IMG/VR virus record: IMGVR_UViG_3300047560_001295
Span: 1-57,999 of that record
Direction: 5' to 3' (one strand)
Length of the DNA stretch: 57,999 nt
Source: a virus
Taxonomy: Duplodnaviria > Caudoviricetes
Below the pieces are notes generated by a model, which was given only the letters and a program-made list of their open reading frames with translations, had not been told where the DNA came from and did not search any database. Of the stretch, positions 19,528 through 29,012 are shown piece by piece. The number at the start of each line of letters is the position of its first letter. The stretch's first letter is position 1. Position numbers and translations under genes: made by a program.

Positions 19528-19922
19528 ATATCTACCACGCGCTTTCGATCTTCAAAAACACAAAAGATCCGGTCCTTGTTGATGTAGCCCTCGTTGACCC
19601 ATTTCAGCTTGAGAGCATCATCCGGGGTGTGATCCCCATCCTTACGCATAAACAATTCGAAGTCCTGACCAATAGGAGCCCAAGCGTTCAGCCATTCCAT
19701 CGTCTCATCTAAAACAGCATCGCTACGGCCGGTCATAATGACAATGCGATACTCCCCAGCAGCCATCTCCTGCAGAATACCTATGATGGTGTTAATTGGC
19801 TTATCGTGTACGCAGGCCTTAAAGAATGCATCCCAATCTTTGTCCGGGCCTTCGATGTAATGGAGCCTGTGTGAGATGTCCGCCAGAGTCCCGTCCAAGT
19901 CAAAAATGACTGTGTCTTTCAT
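19476..19922 (-). CDS. HAD-family phosphatase (PNK 3'-phosphatase-like)
   Basis: FDLDGTL, TGR, MR...D...K and FEDR...WR motifs. Confidence 0.88.
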   Translation of the reverse strand: MKDTVIFDLDGTLADISHRLHYIEGPDKDWDAFFKACVHDKPINTIIGILQEMAAGEYRIVIMTGRSDAVLDETMEWLNAWAPIGQDFELFMRKDGDHTPDDALKLKWVNEGYINKDRIFCVFEDRKRVVDMWRGLGLTCLQVAPGDF

Positions 19923-20094
19923 TTTAGTTTGTCCTCAAATTCCTGCAATTTCTCGATGAGCTCTTTAGACGAAAGCATCTCGCTTTCGAAAACTGTTTTC
20001 CAGAGCCTGTTTAGCTGGGCTAGTACGAAATCCTCGCGGACGTAAGCTGAATGCCCGAATGGTGTGGCTACTTGAATCCGGTGGGGTACGCCGC

Positions 20095-20322
20095 TCATTC
20101 GTCACCCCGTTGAATTTTGATTTCCGGTGGGCGGCTGGGGTATTTGATGTAGTGACCACACTCCGTAGCATTCGTGGCGCGAGGCATGGCATCCCAATCA
20201 AAGAACGGAGTCCGGTAACCCGTATCTGCCCGGGCGATATAACGCAGACAAGATTCCCGGTCGACACAGGCTTCGTTGGCGCACCGGCAACAGTCCCAAG
20301 GCATGTAGACGTAGCCGCTCAT
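20095..20322 (-). CDS. Small Cys-rich hypothetical protein
   Basis: CCRC...C...C.RY...C pattern; ATGA overlap with the upstream gene. Confidence 0.55.
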   Translation of the reverse strand: MSGYVYMPWDCCRCANEACVDRESCLRYIARADTGYRTPFFDWDAMPRATNATECGHYIKYPSRPPEIKIQRGDE

Positions 20323-20705
20323 ATATCCTCCACGAAAGTCGGTACGTCACGCCATACCGATTTGTCTCCGCTGACCCAGCGCTGTTGAAGGATCTGAACA
20401 TCAATCCGTTTTGAACCTTCAGTTCCTTTAACCGGATCGTATCGATGAGAGTTGCGCCACAACAATTCCATAGTGGGCTCCCAGACTTCCGGTTCCGCCT
20501 CAAACATGAACAAGTCATATGAGGTCTTCGTTCCATCTGGACGAAACACCCCGTTGAAATCCCACCGGTAAACGTTGTTTTCAATAACACCATAAAGCGG
20601 CTCTTTTCCGGTTAATTCAAACAATTTCAACTGGGTCACTTCTCTACCATCCCGGGTCACCACCGGGGCGCCGGCTAATGCGGCTTCTAGGTCAAACGGT
20701 TTCAT
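20319..20705 (-). CDS. Conserved phage hypothetical protein
   Basis: MKPFDLEAALAGAPVVTRDGR...DLFM, a recurrent phage N-terminus. Confidence 0.7.
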   Translation of the reverse strand: MKPFDLEAALAGAPVVTRDGREVTQLKLFELTGKEPLYGVIENNVYRWDFNGVFRPDGTKTSYDLFMFEAEPEVWEPTMELLWRNSHRYDPVKGTEGSKRIDVQILQQRWVSGDKSVWRDVPTFVEDI

Positions 20706-20708
20706 TGC

Positions 20709-20909
20709 TTACCTCCAGGAGTAGTAGCGGATGTGGTCGTGAGTAAAATACTTGACAAAGCCCATACGGACCAAGACTTCAAGTTCTTTCCGAACAGTCT
20801 TGTAGACCGTCTCCTGAAAAGACTTCTTCATCACTTCGTCTACGGTGAACGATTGGTTTGGATGGGAATGCAAAAAATGAGCAATAGACTCGAACGTTTT
20901 CTTAGCCAT
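20709..20909 (-). CDS. Small winged-helix-like protein
   Basis: TVRKELEVLVRMGFV pattern. Confidence 0.55.
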   Translation of the reverse strand: MAKKTFESIAHFLHSHPNQSFTVDEVMKKSFQETVYKTVRKELEVLVRMGFVKYFTHDHIRYYSWR

Positions 20910-21357
20910 AGTTTTCCTCGCAATAGCGAACTACGTTAACGCCACCCTCACTAAGAATGAGGACGGCCCATCTGTGATCCCTAAGCCAGTAATCATTGAC
21001 TTCAATCTCTTTCATGTTCGGAGCAAATACTTGTTTGATCCCGGCTTGAACAATTAGTTTAGAACACTCAGAACACGGAAATCTAGCTGTTAAAATGAGA
21101 TTTGAACCAAAAAGTTTGATCCCTTTTCGGGCCGCTTGTGCCACGACATTAGCCTCAGCGTGGCTGATCAATTTAAGCTTTACATCTCGGTCTCGGTATC
21201 GAGAGACATCGTCATCAAGGCCTCGCGGAAAGCCGTTGTAGCCTCCCGCAAGAATGGTGCCATCGTCTGCCACTGCCAATGCCCCGACTTGGACGCTGGG
21301 GTCTTTCGATAGTCTGGCTATCTCTCTGGTTACCCCGACAAACTTGAGCGGGTTCAC
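20902..21357 (-). CDS. dCMP deaminase
   Basis: SKDPSVQVGA, GYNGFPRG, HAE and PCSEC motifs; GTG start overlaps the dUTPase stop. Confidence 0.92.
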   Translation of the reverse strand: MNPLKFVGVTREIARLSKDPSVQVGALAVADDGTILAGGYNGFPRGLDDDVSRYRDRDVKLKLISHAEANVVAQAARKGIKLFGSNLILTARFPCSECSKLIVQAGIKQVFAPNMKEIEVNDYWLRDHRWAVLILSEGGVNVVRYCEENYG

Positions 21358-21764
21358 AGCCCGGAGCTCCCGAAGCCATCTCCCCGAGAGGTCACATCCA
21401 AGTCGTCGACATAAGTCCATTTAACATATTCATGCTTAACAATCATCAACTGAGCTATGCGCATGCCCGGTATTACTTCAAACTGCTCTTTCCCGAAGTT
21501 GGCCAGAATAACTCCGATGTCCCCAGTGTATTCAGGATCGATGAGCCCCGGCGCATTCAAAACAGTGATACCATACGTTGCTGCAAGCCCACTTCTGGGG
21601 ATAACCAAGCCCGCGTGTCCATCCGGTAGGGCGATTTTTAAGCCGGTGAGGATGATAGCCCTCTCCATCGGTAAAATAATGTGACACCCCTTTGACACGA
21701 GGTCGAATGCGGCATCGTAGCGGTGAGCCTTGGCCGGCTCTGGGCCGTTATACGCGATTTCCAT
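21354..21764 (-). CDS. dut: Trimeric dUTPase
   Basis: AAFDL, PRSG, GLIDPEY, RIAQL and RGDGFGSSG motifs. Confidence 0.95.
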   Translation of the reverse strand: MEIAYNGPEPAKAHRYDAAFDLVSKGCHIILPMERAIILTGLKIALPDGHAGLVIPRSGLAATYGITVLNAPGLIDPEYTGDIGVILANFGKEQFEVIPGMRIAQLMIVKHEYVKWTYVDDLDVTSRGDGFGSSGL

Positions 21765-21774
21765 GTTTGTCTCC

Positions 21775-22029
21775 TTAGTTTAGATATCCAGACTCGGTTG
21801 AATTTAAACCCTGCTGCAACTCAGGGCATCTGTCAAAATGCAAGTTGAGAAGCTTAACCCCGACACTGAAAGGCGGTTCGGTGAGATGACGTTTTTTAAG
21901 CTCGTTGAGAGTATGCGCTGGAACCATGGTGTAGTTGGCCACATCACGGATGCCCATGTTCCGTTCGGCCAAGTTCTCCAGCAGGCGCCGCCAGTCAATT
22001 TCAATGTTCAGGTAATGGGTTGGGGTCAT
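21775..22029 (-). CDS. Cro-like helix-turn-helix protein
   Basis: IRDVANYTMVP...EPPFSVGVKLLNLH pattern. Confidence 0.6.
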   Translation of the reverse strand: MTPTHYLNIEIDWRRLLENLAERNMGIRDVANYTMVPAHTLNELKKRHLTEPPFSVGVKLLNLHFDRCPELQQGLNSTESGYLN

Positions 22030-22207
22030 CGTTTTTCTCCGTTTCGCATTCTTTTGGATTAGTCGCCGTTATCTCATGGCGTTTGATTTGTTCGCAGCGG
22101 CTTGGGGTTTCAAGAGCGGGTCTTGTGTAAATGCCGGCATTGGCGTCGTGATACACCTGAAGCCCGGCTCCCGCTATTAACGACAGAATTTCAATCACCA
22201 TCTTCAA
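22001..22207 (-). CDS. Hypothetical protein
   Basis: Fills the operon, overlapping both neighbours. Confidence 0.5.
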   Translation of the reverse strand: MKMVIEILSLIAGAGLQVYHDANAGIYTRPALETPSRCEQIKRHEITATNPKECETEKNDDPNPLPEH

Positions 22208-22403
22208 TCATCCTCAGTAGCTGAAATTTCAGAGTCTCTAAAACACCCACAGCGGTGACGATAGTCACCATCCCATCGAAAGAGTTGAGGACCTCCCGCA
22301 ACCGGTCAAGCATTTCGTTCGCATCATCAATAGATTCGCCCAATAGCTCATCTTTCTGTCGTTCTTTCAAACGCTCTTCAAAAGTGGTCATGGTCATCCT
22401 CAT
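22191..22403 (-). CDS. Hypothetical protein
   Basis: Co-oriented ORF with GAGG near the start. Confidence 0.55.
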   Translation of the reverse strand: MRMTMTTFEERLKERQKDELLGESIDDANEMLDRLREVLNSFDGMVTIVTAVGVLETLKFQLLRMIEDGD

Positions 22404-22493
22404 CTACATCGTAACCAATGATTGCAATACAAAATTCAATGAAACATCCGCACAAGATTAACCCCAACAAGATTGCAACAACATCAAGCCAAC

Positions 22494-22784
22494 TCATACC
22501 GGGGTCCTCACGGAATCAATCAAAACTCTTGTAATGCATTCGGCGACGTCTCGGCTCCGCTTTGCTTTTTCGTCATCTCCAACCAACAGATGCGCCTCCC
22601 CGTAAGACACAAACAGTTTGCGTAACTCGTGCAATGCGTCGAACATCACCGGGGCGTGATTCATCATCTGCTTCTCTAAAGCCCCAGCCGGAATGCCCGG
22701 CTTAACCATCAACTGACTTTTCCCGTCCATGCCGGTGGCCCAATGCATCTGCCACGGTTTCGTCTTGTTTAAAAAATTACTCAT
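22494..22784 (-). CDS. Hypothetical protein
   Basis: Strong AGGAGGAG Shine-Dalgarno upstream. Confidence 0.65.
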   Translation of the reverse strand: MSNFLNKTKPWQMHWATGMDGKSQLMVKPGIPAGALEKQMMNHAPVMFDALHELRKLFVSYGEAHLLVGDDEKAKRSRDVAECITRVLIDSVRTPV

Positions 22785-22810
22785 CGTCTTATCTCCTCCT
22801 CAAAATTAGA

Positions 22811-23302
22811 TTATACAAATTCAGCATTCTTTGAGTCTAGCTCCCAGATGATTCGTCTCTCGAAATAGCATAGGAAATCCTCGAGCGTGATGTCCACCGG
22901 AGCGCGCACCCTTCCCCCGACTCCATTCGGTCCAATCATCAAACTACCGACCAGCATAACACGCCATTTCACTCTACTCTGCTTATACATCAAAACAGGC
23001 ACTCTAGTCTCCCCAGCCTGCTTCAACGTCTGAGTCCACCACGCATTGATATGCAACGTCTCCTGAAACTTAATCTCAAGGGCCAACCAATCCAATCCCA
23101 CAATATCATGTCCGCCTTTCATCGTCTGCATCAGGTTCCTCTCCAGCTTAGGCACCTCCAGCCCTCTCTCCTCATACACCTTGGTAACCACAGGCTGAAG
23201 CACACTAATCGCCAACCGTTCTCCCCGTTGACCCTTGTCTCGTCCGAACTTACTCATTTGTTCTCCGTTTAAAGCACTTAATCCCATCATAAATCCCCAC
23301 AA
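22811..23302 (-). CDS. Holliday junction resolvase (PD-(D/E)xK type; likely start MSKFG)
   Basis: RDKGQRGER, GGHD, LEIK and WWTQ motifs. Confidence 0.8.
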   Translation of the reverse strand: MWGFMMGLSALNGEQMSKFGRDKGQRGERLAISVLQPVVTKVYEERGLEVPKLERNLMQTMKGGHDIVGLDWLALEIKFQETLHINAWWTQTLKQAGETRVPVLMYKQSRVKWRVMLVGSLMIGPNGVGGRVRAPVDITLEDFLCYFERRIIWELDSKNAEFV

Positions 23303-23304
23303 GC

Positions 23305-23495
23305 CCCGGTTCTTATAGGAATTCTATATATAGTTTAAAGTTTAATAAGTTTAATAAATATATAAATACCTATTATTATGACTCTATTTGTTCTACTTTT
23401 CTGCCTTAAAGCATTAAACCCTTAAACTTTCGCTAACCGCTTGAAATTAAAAAAGAAATTCAGTTTATTGACCATTAAGCTTTATTAAACGTGTT
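23305..23495. other. AT-rich intergenic region, candidate replication origin
   Basis: Very AT-rich with AGTTTAA repeated three times, directly downstream of the primase gene. Confidence 0.45.
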
Positions 23496-25721
23496 TTATA
23501 CAAAATTCGTTCCGAGTGCGTACGCAACCCCACCAAATGAGTGATTCTTAATCATATCACTCTTAGAAAACTCGATTAACTCACCTGTTGCAACCGCCGA
23601 ATCTAACGCTCTCTTGAGTGCAGCGGTGGCCCCCAGTCTATCCTGTCTGTATGAAGCAAGACTGGCTGTGGCCTGCAACAAATAGGCGTACGGGATGATT
23701 CCCTTTTTCTGAAGAATCTTGAATCTTTCCCGGGCTGTCTTGGATGGGTTGTGCAAATAGTTCTTGATAGCTCGCATCAAATCTGAAGTTTGTTTATCGT
23801 CTCCATACCCCACCTGACCATCAGCAAAGCGCCCGGCAAGAGTGGTGATTTCTTCTTCCACGAATCGAATCGCCCAGACAGCTGTGTGGCCATCAATGAC
23901 GGGGTTGTAGGGGTTCAAACCGACCGCAATCACCGCGGCTATCTTCAGCGCTTTCAAATGGCCGCGATTCCACAATTGGATAACAGTCTCTTGACTGGAT
24001 TCATTAATAACCAAATCCACGTAGCGATCGAAGCTATTCAAGGCCTCGAGGGCTTCTTGAGAGTAGGTGACTGGGGTGCTTAGATTGGAGGTCAGAGCGG
24101 TGACAGCGGCCGCGGTTAAGTCAGCCAATTTCTGCACTAGCCCTTCGGTGGGCGGGTGGCCGAAACGAGGATTTTTTGCAGGCCTTTTGGCGCCGCGATA
24201 CTCCACAATGGAGAACCGGGGCAGAAGACCGCTGGCAATGTGACTGGCGTCTAATCCTTCAAAAAAGCTGTCCGGAGTGGAATCCCCAATCATGGTGAAG
24301 CAGGGGGACCGAATGGTTTTGGTGTTCTTTGTCTTATCACTATAAGCCATCGGGTGGAGGTATTGGTCTGGCCCGGACTTACTCCAGGCATCCAGTAACA
24401 CCTGCCTTTTTATAAGGTCGACGGGATTAGCCCGGGGATGACAGATAGCTTGCAAGGTCAATCCGAATTCGCCAAACAGACTAAGTACACAGGGATTGTC
24501 TTCCAACACTTTGATTAGCCCTTGCCCGGAGCCTAATTGACTGGGACCGCGAAACATAATGGCAGATGGGCATTTGTTGTAGACATGGGCAAAGAGCTTG
24601 TCGATACTGGAAGCCATAGCTTCTTTACCTGTTCCGGACCCGGCCAGTAAGACCAGATACAAATTCAAACCGGTTCCGCTAATGTTAAAGGCTCGGGCAG
24701 AGATCCCGGCGACCAGCCCCAGCGCCCCGACAATGGCCGCAGCCTTTGTGGGCCTGATAGAAGAGCTGTAAATGTATTCGGCCACTTCGCCAACTAGTCC
24801 TGCCGGGAACGTCAGGTCTTCGTCTTTGGCTATGGGCTCTTGTTTCATCTTCTCCATAACCTCTTTCGTTTTCTGTTCGATGGCTTGAAAGTCAATCGGC
24901 GGAACGTAATAAAACTTCCGTGCCTTGGGGATGGAGTGCTTGTAGATGTAGTTGTGGAGCGTCCGGCCGACTCGGTGGTTGCGTTTACCGCGGGGCGAGT
25001 TAAGGAAGAACCGGGCTACCTGCTCATCGCATTGGCTGTGGAAGCAGAGCATAGTAATCAAAGCAAAGTCGACGGTGGACTCATCGTTCCCGTAATCCGC
25101 TTTGTCCACAGTATTGTTCCAAAGCGCCAAGAACTTTTCAGCGTTCTCTGCCTGCGTTGCCCTTAACCAGACTTCTTCATCTGCAAGAGATTGTTCTTTT
25201 GATTCATATGCGGGAGGCGGAGCACCAACAGCTTGAATGATGGCATCCAAATGGGCTTGCCCGTCTCGGATGGGCTTTTCGATTTCGCAATCGCCGGTCA
25301 GGATGTAGTAGTGTTCCTTTCCGCTGATTTGAATATGGGTAGAGACAAGGGCTTGTGGGATTTGCCCAGTTACAATGATGTGTATTCCTCGACCTGAGCG
25401 GGAGATTTCCGTATAGCTGTCGAAAGCTACTTTCATCTCTTCGAACTGGGTTAATACTTCCGGTGCGGCCGGGCGTTCCGGTTTGTTGTCAAGGTCGATA
25501 ATGACGAACGGGTCGTCTGCATCCAGCATAAACCCAATATGCATAGCATGGTCGATGGCGTAATGCGCCGCCTCCATGAAAGTGCATCCTGCCTTTGCTT
25601 TTGTTGGGTCGATGGGGTAGTTGGTTCCCATCCTAGGATCGTAGGGGCGTCCTTGGTCATCCGCCACAAGCCATTGGGATCTATCCCTTAGCTCTTGGGG
25701 AATCTTATGCCACTGATTCAT
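23496..25721 (-). CDS. Primase-polymerase fused to a DUF3987-like helicase domain
   Basis: IDLD and SYTEISRSGRGIH prim-pol motifs; Walker A AGSGTGKE; SGLLPRF. Confidence 0.85.
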   Translation of the reverse strand: MNQWHKIPQELRDRSQWLVADDQGRPYDPRMGTNYPIDPTKAKAGCTFMEAAHYAIDHAMHIGFMLDADDPFVIIDLDNKPERPAAPEVLTQFEEMKVAFDSYTEISRSGRGIHIIVTGQIPQALVSTHIQISGKEHYYILTGDCEIEKPIRDGQAHLDAIIQAVGAPPPAYESKEQSLADEEVWLRATQAENAEKFLALWNNTVDKADYGNDESTVDFALITMLCFHSQCDEQVARFFLNSPRGKRNHRVGRTLHNYIYKHSIPKARKFYYVPPIDFQAIEQKTKEVMEKMKQEPIAKDEDLTFPAGLVGEVAEYIYSSSIRPTKAAAIVGALGLVAGISARAFNISGTGLNLYLVLLAGSGTGKEAMASSIDKLFAHVYNKCPSAIMFRGPSQLGSGQGLIKVLEDNPCVLSLFGEFGLTLQAICHPRANPVDLIKRQVLLDAWSKSGPDQYLHPMAYSDKTKNTKTIRSPCFTMIGDSTPDSFFEGLDASHIASGLLPRFSIVEYRGAKRPAKNPRFGHPPTEGLVQKLADLTAAAVTALTSNLSTPVTYSQEALEALNSFDRYVDLVINESSQETVIQLWNRGHLKALKIAAVIAVGLNPYNPVIDGHTAVWAIRFVEEEITTLAGRFADGQVGYGDDKQTSDLMRAIKNYLHNPSKTARERFKILQKKGIIPYAYLLQATASLASYRQDRLGATAALKRALDSAVATGELIEFSKSDMIKNHSFGGVAYALGTNFV

Positions 25722-25728
25722 GCAAACC

Positions 25729-25944
25729 TCAGAAATTGAGTTTGGTGCCGGTCAAGTGTTCGTATAGATATTGAATCCGGTTAACTGATGGGCTTTTGGT
25801 TTTGCCGGAAGCCACGGTCTTGAGCCAGTAATAAGGAATCCCCGTGTCTCTATAAATATGGAGTAGGTTCTGCCCTTTAAGCAGTTCCAAAGTCTTGACC
25901 AGCAAGGTGCTCTGCTCGTCGAAATCATCGTTTTTACTAGACAC
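25729..25944 (-). CDS. Helix-turn-helix DNA-binding protein
   Basis: IYRDTGIPYYWL...SPSVNRIQYLYE. Confidence 0.7.
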   Translation of the reverse strand: MSSKNDDFDEQSTLLVKTLELLKGQNLLHIYRDTGIPYYWLKTVASGKTKSPSVNRIQYLYEHLTGTKLNF

Positions 25945-25971
25945 AAAAGTCTCCTGTTTAAGTGGAGGGAT

Positions 25972-26001
25972 ATTATAGGAAGTAAAAATTTAACTTATCA
26001 A
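25972..26001 (-). promoter_or_regulatory. Leftward sigma70-like promoter
   Basis: TTGATA-N18-TATAAT on the minus strand; a divergent plus-strand TATAAT lies at 26044-26049. Confidence 0.7.
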
Positions 26002-26076
26002 CAATAGCATCTAAATAATATGTGGCCGAAAGCTCTTTTCCTTTATAATGGCTTTCCACCTTTATAGGAGCCCCAC

Positions 26077-26517
26077 ATGATAGATCAAGAGAAGTTGAAG
26101 CGCTGGGCTGAGCTCCAGCAAAAGATCATCGCCTTTAAACCAGTCATCGATGAAGAGATGGCCCTGCGCAAAGAATTGGCCGGTGCATTGACAGGAGGTC
26201 GCAAAGGAACTTTCTATGAAGACTTGGCCGGGGGCTATCGCCTCAAGGGCGTTGGCAAAGTCGAATACAAATTGGAGAAGGAAAAGATCGAGGCCGTTAC
26301 AAAGGCTTTGGCCGAAAAGAATGTCTCCATTGATTTGTTTGTTTCTAGTGAGCCCAAGCTGAATTCCAAAGCGGTAACGGAGGTAGAAAAGCTTAACCCG
26401 GAAGTCTTTGCTATCCTAGCAGACATGCTGGTCAGTAAGCCGGGCACCCCGACTTTGGAGATCGTTCCACCGAAACCTGAAGAAGTGGCTATGCCTAAGG
26501 GACCGGAGAATCTATGA
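26077..26517 (+). CDS. Hypothetical protein in the recombination module
   Basis: AGGAG Shine-Dalgarno; first gene of the rightward operon. Confidence 0.7.
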   Translation: MIDQEKLKRWAELQQKIIAFKPVIDEEMALRKELAGALTGGRKGTFYEDLAGGYRLKGVGKVEYKLEKEKIEAVTKALAEKNVSIDLFVSSEPKLNSKAVTEVEKLNPEVFAILADMLVSKPGTPTLEIVPPKPEEVAMPKGPENL

Positions 26518-27344
26518 GCATTCTCGCTTCTGTAAATTCTACTGTTATGACTCCGGGTATGCGCGGCATCATTGCGGGTGTCGAAAAGATCGGTAAGACC
26601 ACTTTTGTCTGTTCAGCTCCCCGTCTTTTGTTAGTTCCTTTGGAGCAGGGCGTTGGCCATTTAAAAGTTCAAAAGACCCCCACTCTGGAAAGCCTGCCCC
26701 ATGTGTTCCAGTTGTTAGGTGAAATCGAAGCCCAAGCGCAAGCCGGGCAATTTCCCTATAAGACAGTCGCATTTGATTCGGCGACTGCTTTGGAACGCCT
26801 GATACATGACGCTGTACTTAGGACTGATCCTACTTACGCCAAAGGTAATGCCCGAGCTTTGACGATGGAAGCCGCTTTAGGGGGCTACGGTAAGGCTTAC
26901 CAGTATGCCAACGAACTTTTCCACAATTTCCTGACCCATTGCGACACACTGGCATTCAAGTATGGGATCAACATTTTGTTGACTTGTCATGTGTTCGCCG
27001 CTAAAGTTGTGGACCCGACCGCGGGTGAGTATGACACGTGGGACTTGCTACTGCATTCCCCGAAGAATCAAAAGGCTTACGGGAAGCGTGAGATGATTAC
27101 CCAGTGGGCTGATTTGGTTGGATTCTTGCACGAACCTATTTTTGTTTCCGAGGGCAAGACCCTTAACAAAGCGGTGAGTGCGAATAAGGGCCGGGTCATG
27201 GGCGTATCTCGAACTCCGGGATATGTCGCCGGCAATCGTTACGGGCTCACCAATGAGCTTGGTATTCCCCAGACCGGGGGCTGGAACTATTTGGCGGACG
27301 CTATTTATCAGTCCTGTCAATTAGACTTTTACAATCGTGATTAA
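26514..27344 (+). CDS. Sak4-like AAA recombinase
   Basis: GVEKIGKT Walker A, FDS, GGYGKAY and WADLVGF motifs; next to SSB. Confidence 0.85.
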   Translation: MSILASVNSTVMTPGMRGIIAGVEKIGKTTFVCSAPRLLLVPLEQGVGHLKVQKTPTLESLPHVFQLLGEIEAQAQAGQFPYKTVAFDSATALERLIHDAVLRTDPTYAKGNARALTMEAALGGYGKAYQYANELFHNFLTHCDTLAFKYGINILLTCHVFAAKVVDPTAGEYDTWDLLLHSPKNQKAYGKREMITQWADLVGFLHEPIFVSEGKTLNKAVSANKGRVMGVSRTPGYVAGNRYGLTNELGIPQTGGWNYLADAIYQSCQLDFYNRD

Positions 27345-27356
27345 GGAGAAATCCAA

Positions 27357-28061
27357 ATGGTAGCTGTTAACTTTGATGCTAGTACCGTTGCCCCCGCTTC
27401 GGCCCCAGAGGCCATCCCCGCGGGCTGGTACAAAGCGATGATTACCAAGTCGGAAATGAAACCGACTTCTAATGGACAGGGAGCTTACCTTGAAATCGTT
27501 CTTCAGATTCTTGAGGGCCAGTATGCAGGCGTTAGTCTTACTGATCGCCTCAATCTTCAAAACCAGAATCAAACGGCAGTAGAAATTGCGTACCGGACGT
27601 TGTCTGCTATCTGCCATGCCACCGGTGTTATCCAGATTCAGGATACCGGGGCTCTCCACAATCGTCCGCTGGAAATGAAGGTCAAGGTTCGTGCAGCGGG
27701 CAAGGGCGCAGATGGTCGAGACTACGAAGCTTCAAACGAAATCTCAGGTTACCGGGCCATCACTGTTGGAACGGTTCCCGTAACTGCTCACGCGGCCGCT
27801 CCGTTTACTCCTCCCCCAGCGGCTCCCGCTCAACAGGCTTGGCAACCACCGGCACCGCCCGCTGAAGCCCCAGCACAACAGGCTCCTGCTCAACAGGCGT
27901 GGCAGCCTCCTGCGCAACAGGCCCCAGCAGAACAACCACAAGCTTGGCAAGCACCGGCTCAGCCGGCCCCAGCGCAACAACCTCCGGTTCAACAGGCACC
28001 TGCCCAGCAAGCTCCGGCCGCTGGCGGAGAAGTTCCACCGTGGATGCGTACGGCTGAATAA
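27357..28061 (+). CDS. Single-stranded DNA-binding protein (DUF669-like)
   Basis: IPAGWY and LSAICHATG motifs; Pro/Gln/Ala tail ending PPW. Confidence 0.85.
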   Translation: MVAVNFDASTVAPASAPEAIPAGWYKAMITKSEMKPTSNGQGAYLEIVLQILEGQYAGVSLTDRLNLQNQNQTAVEIAYRTLSAICHATGVIQIQDTGALHNRPLEMKVKVRAAGKGADGRDYEASNEISGYRAITVGTVPVTAHAAAPFTPPPAAPAQQAWQPPAPPAEAPAQQAPAQQAWQPPAQQAPAEQPQAWQAPAQPAPAQQPPVQQAPAQQAPAAGGEVPPWMRTAE

Positions 28062-28080
28062 CAGCGTTCCCTACCTTAAT

Positions 28081-28108
28081 AACCCCTCTCCGGAGGGGTT
28101 CTTTTTCT
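28081..28108 (+). terminator. Rho-independent terminator
   Basis: AACCCCTC-TCCG-GAGGGGTT followed by CTTTTTCT. Confidence 0.8.
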
Positions 28109-28115
28109 AAAGATT

Positions 28116-29012
28116 ATGCGACTAGCTACAAAAACCTTAAATGCAATCGAAACACAGCTTGAAGCAGATCAAGGTGCACGATTCCGTGGGCTCTTACGTA
28201 AGTATATGGAGCAGGCAGGTGACCCTTTCGACGACTCAGAAGAAGCGTTCCGATCCCATCTTGGTGCATCGCTCATTGGCCGGGAGTGTTCTCGTGAGAT
28301 ATGGTACAGCTTTCGCTGGGCTAGCAAGAAACAGTTTTCTGGGCGAATGCTTCGCTTATTTAATCGCGGTCACTTGGAGGAACCACGGTTCTTGGCATTG
28401 CTGGAGATGATCGGATGTCAAATCCATAGCCAGAACGAAGACGGTACTCAATTTCGGATGAAAGGCTACAAGGGCCATTACAGTGGTTCCCTTGACGGTG
28501 TCGGCATAAATATCCCTGACTTAGACCCTGAAATCCCGGCGCTATTGGAGTTCAAAACACACAAAGACTCCTCATTCAAAAAACTTAAGGAGGAAGGCGT
28601 CCTCAAAAGCAAATGGGAACACTTTGTCCAAATGCAACAATACATGGGCTTCTACGGTTTGAACTGGGGGCTTTATGGTGCAACCAATAAAGACACCGAC
28701 GAGCTTCATTTCGAGCTTGTGGCCAAGGACCCAGCGATTGAGCAACGCTACGGTAGCCGGGCTGAACTTATCATAGACTCAAAAACCCCTCCTCCGAAGA
28801 TTAGCACTAACCAGACTTTCTTCAAATGTAAGATGTGCGATATGGTCAGTATTTGCCACAAAGGGACTCAAATGCTGGTCAACTGCCGGACCTGCGTTCA
28901 TCTCGAACCTATCTTTGGTGGGCAATGGTATTGCTCAAAGCAGGCATCGAATCGTTCTAAAGAGGAGCAGGGAAAGCCCTGCGATGATTACCTAGCCATC
29001 AAAAACGTTTAA
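28116..29012 (+). CDS. Cas4/RecB-like exonuclease
   Basis: GREC, SLDG, EFKT, QMQQY and CKMC...C motifs. Confidence 0.85.
   Translation: MRLATKTLNAIETQLEADQGARFRGLLRKYMEQAGDPFDDSEEAFRSHLGASLIGRECSREIWYSFRWASKKQFSGRMLRLFNRGHLEEPRFLALLEMIGCQIHSQNEDGTQFRMKGYKGHYSGSLDGVGINIPDLDPEIPALLEFKTHKDSSFKKLKEEGVLKSKWEHFVQMQQYMGFYGLNWGLYGATNKDTDELHFELVAKDPAIEQRYGSRAELIIDSKTPPPKISTNQTFFKCKMCDMVSICHKGTQMLVNCRTCVHLEPIFGGQWYCSKQASNRSKEEQGKPCDDYLAIKNV

Noticed and set aside
25729-26077. Lysogeny switch at the divergent promoters
   Set aside because: No integrase, partition genes or peptidase-bearing repressor were recognised.
27770-28030. Short repeats in the SSB gene as a DNA repeat array
   Set aside because: They encode a low-complexity QQAWQ/PAQQ linker typical of SSB tails.
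28116-29012. CRISPR-Cas system, suggested by the Cas4-like nuclease
   Set aside because: No array or other cas genes; the gene sits in an ordinary Sak4-SSB-exonuclease-helicase module.
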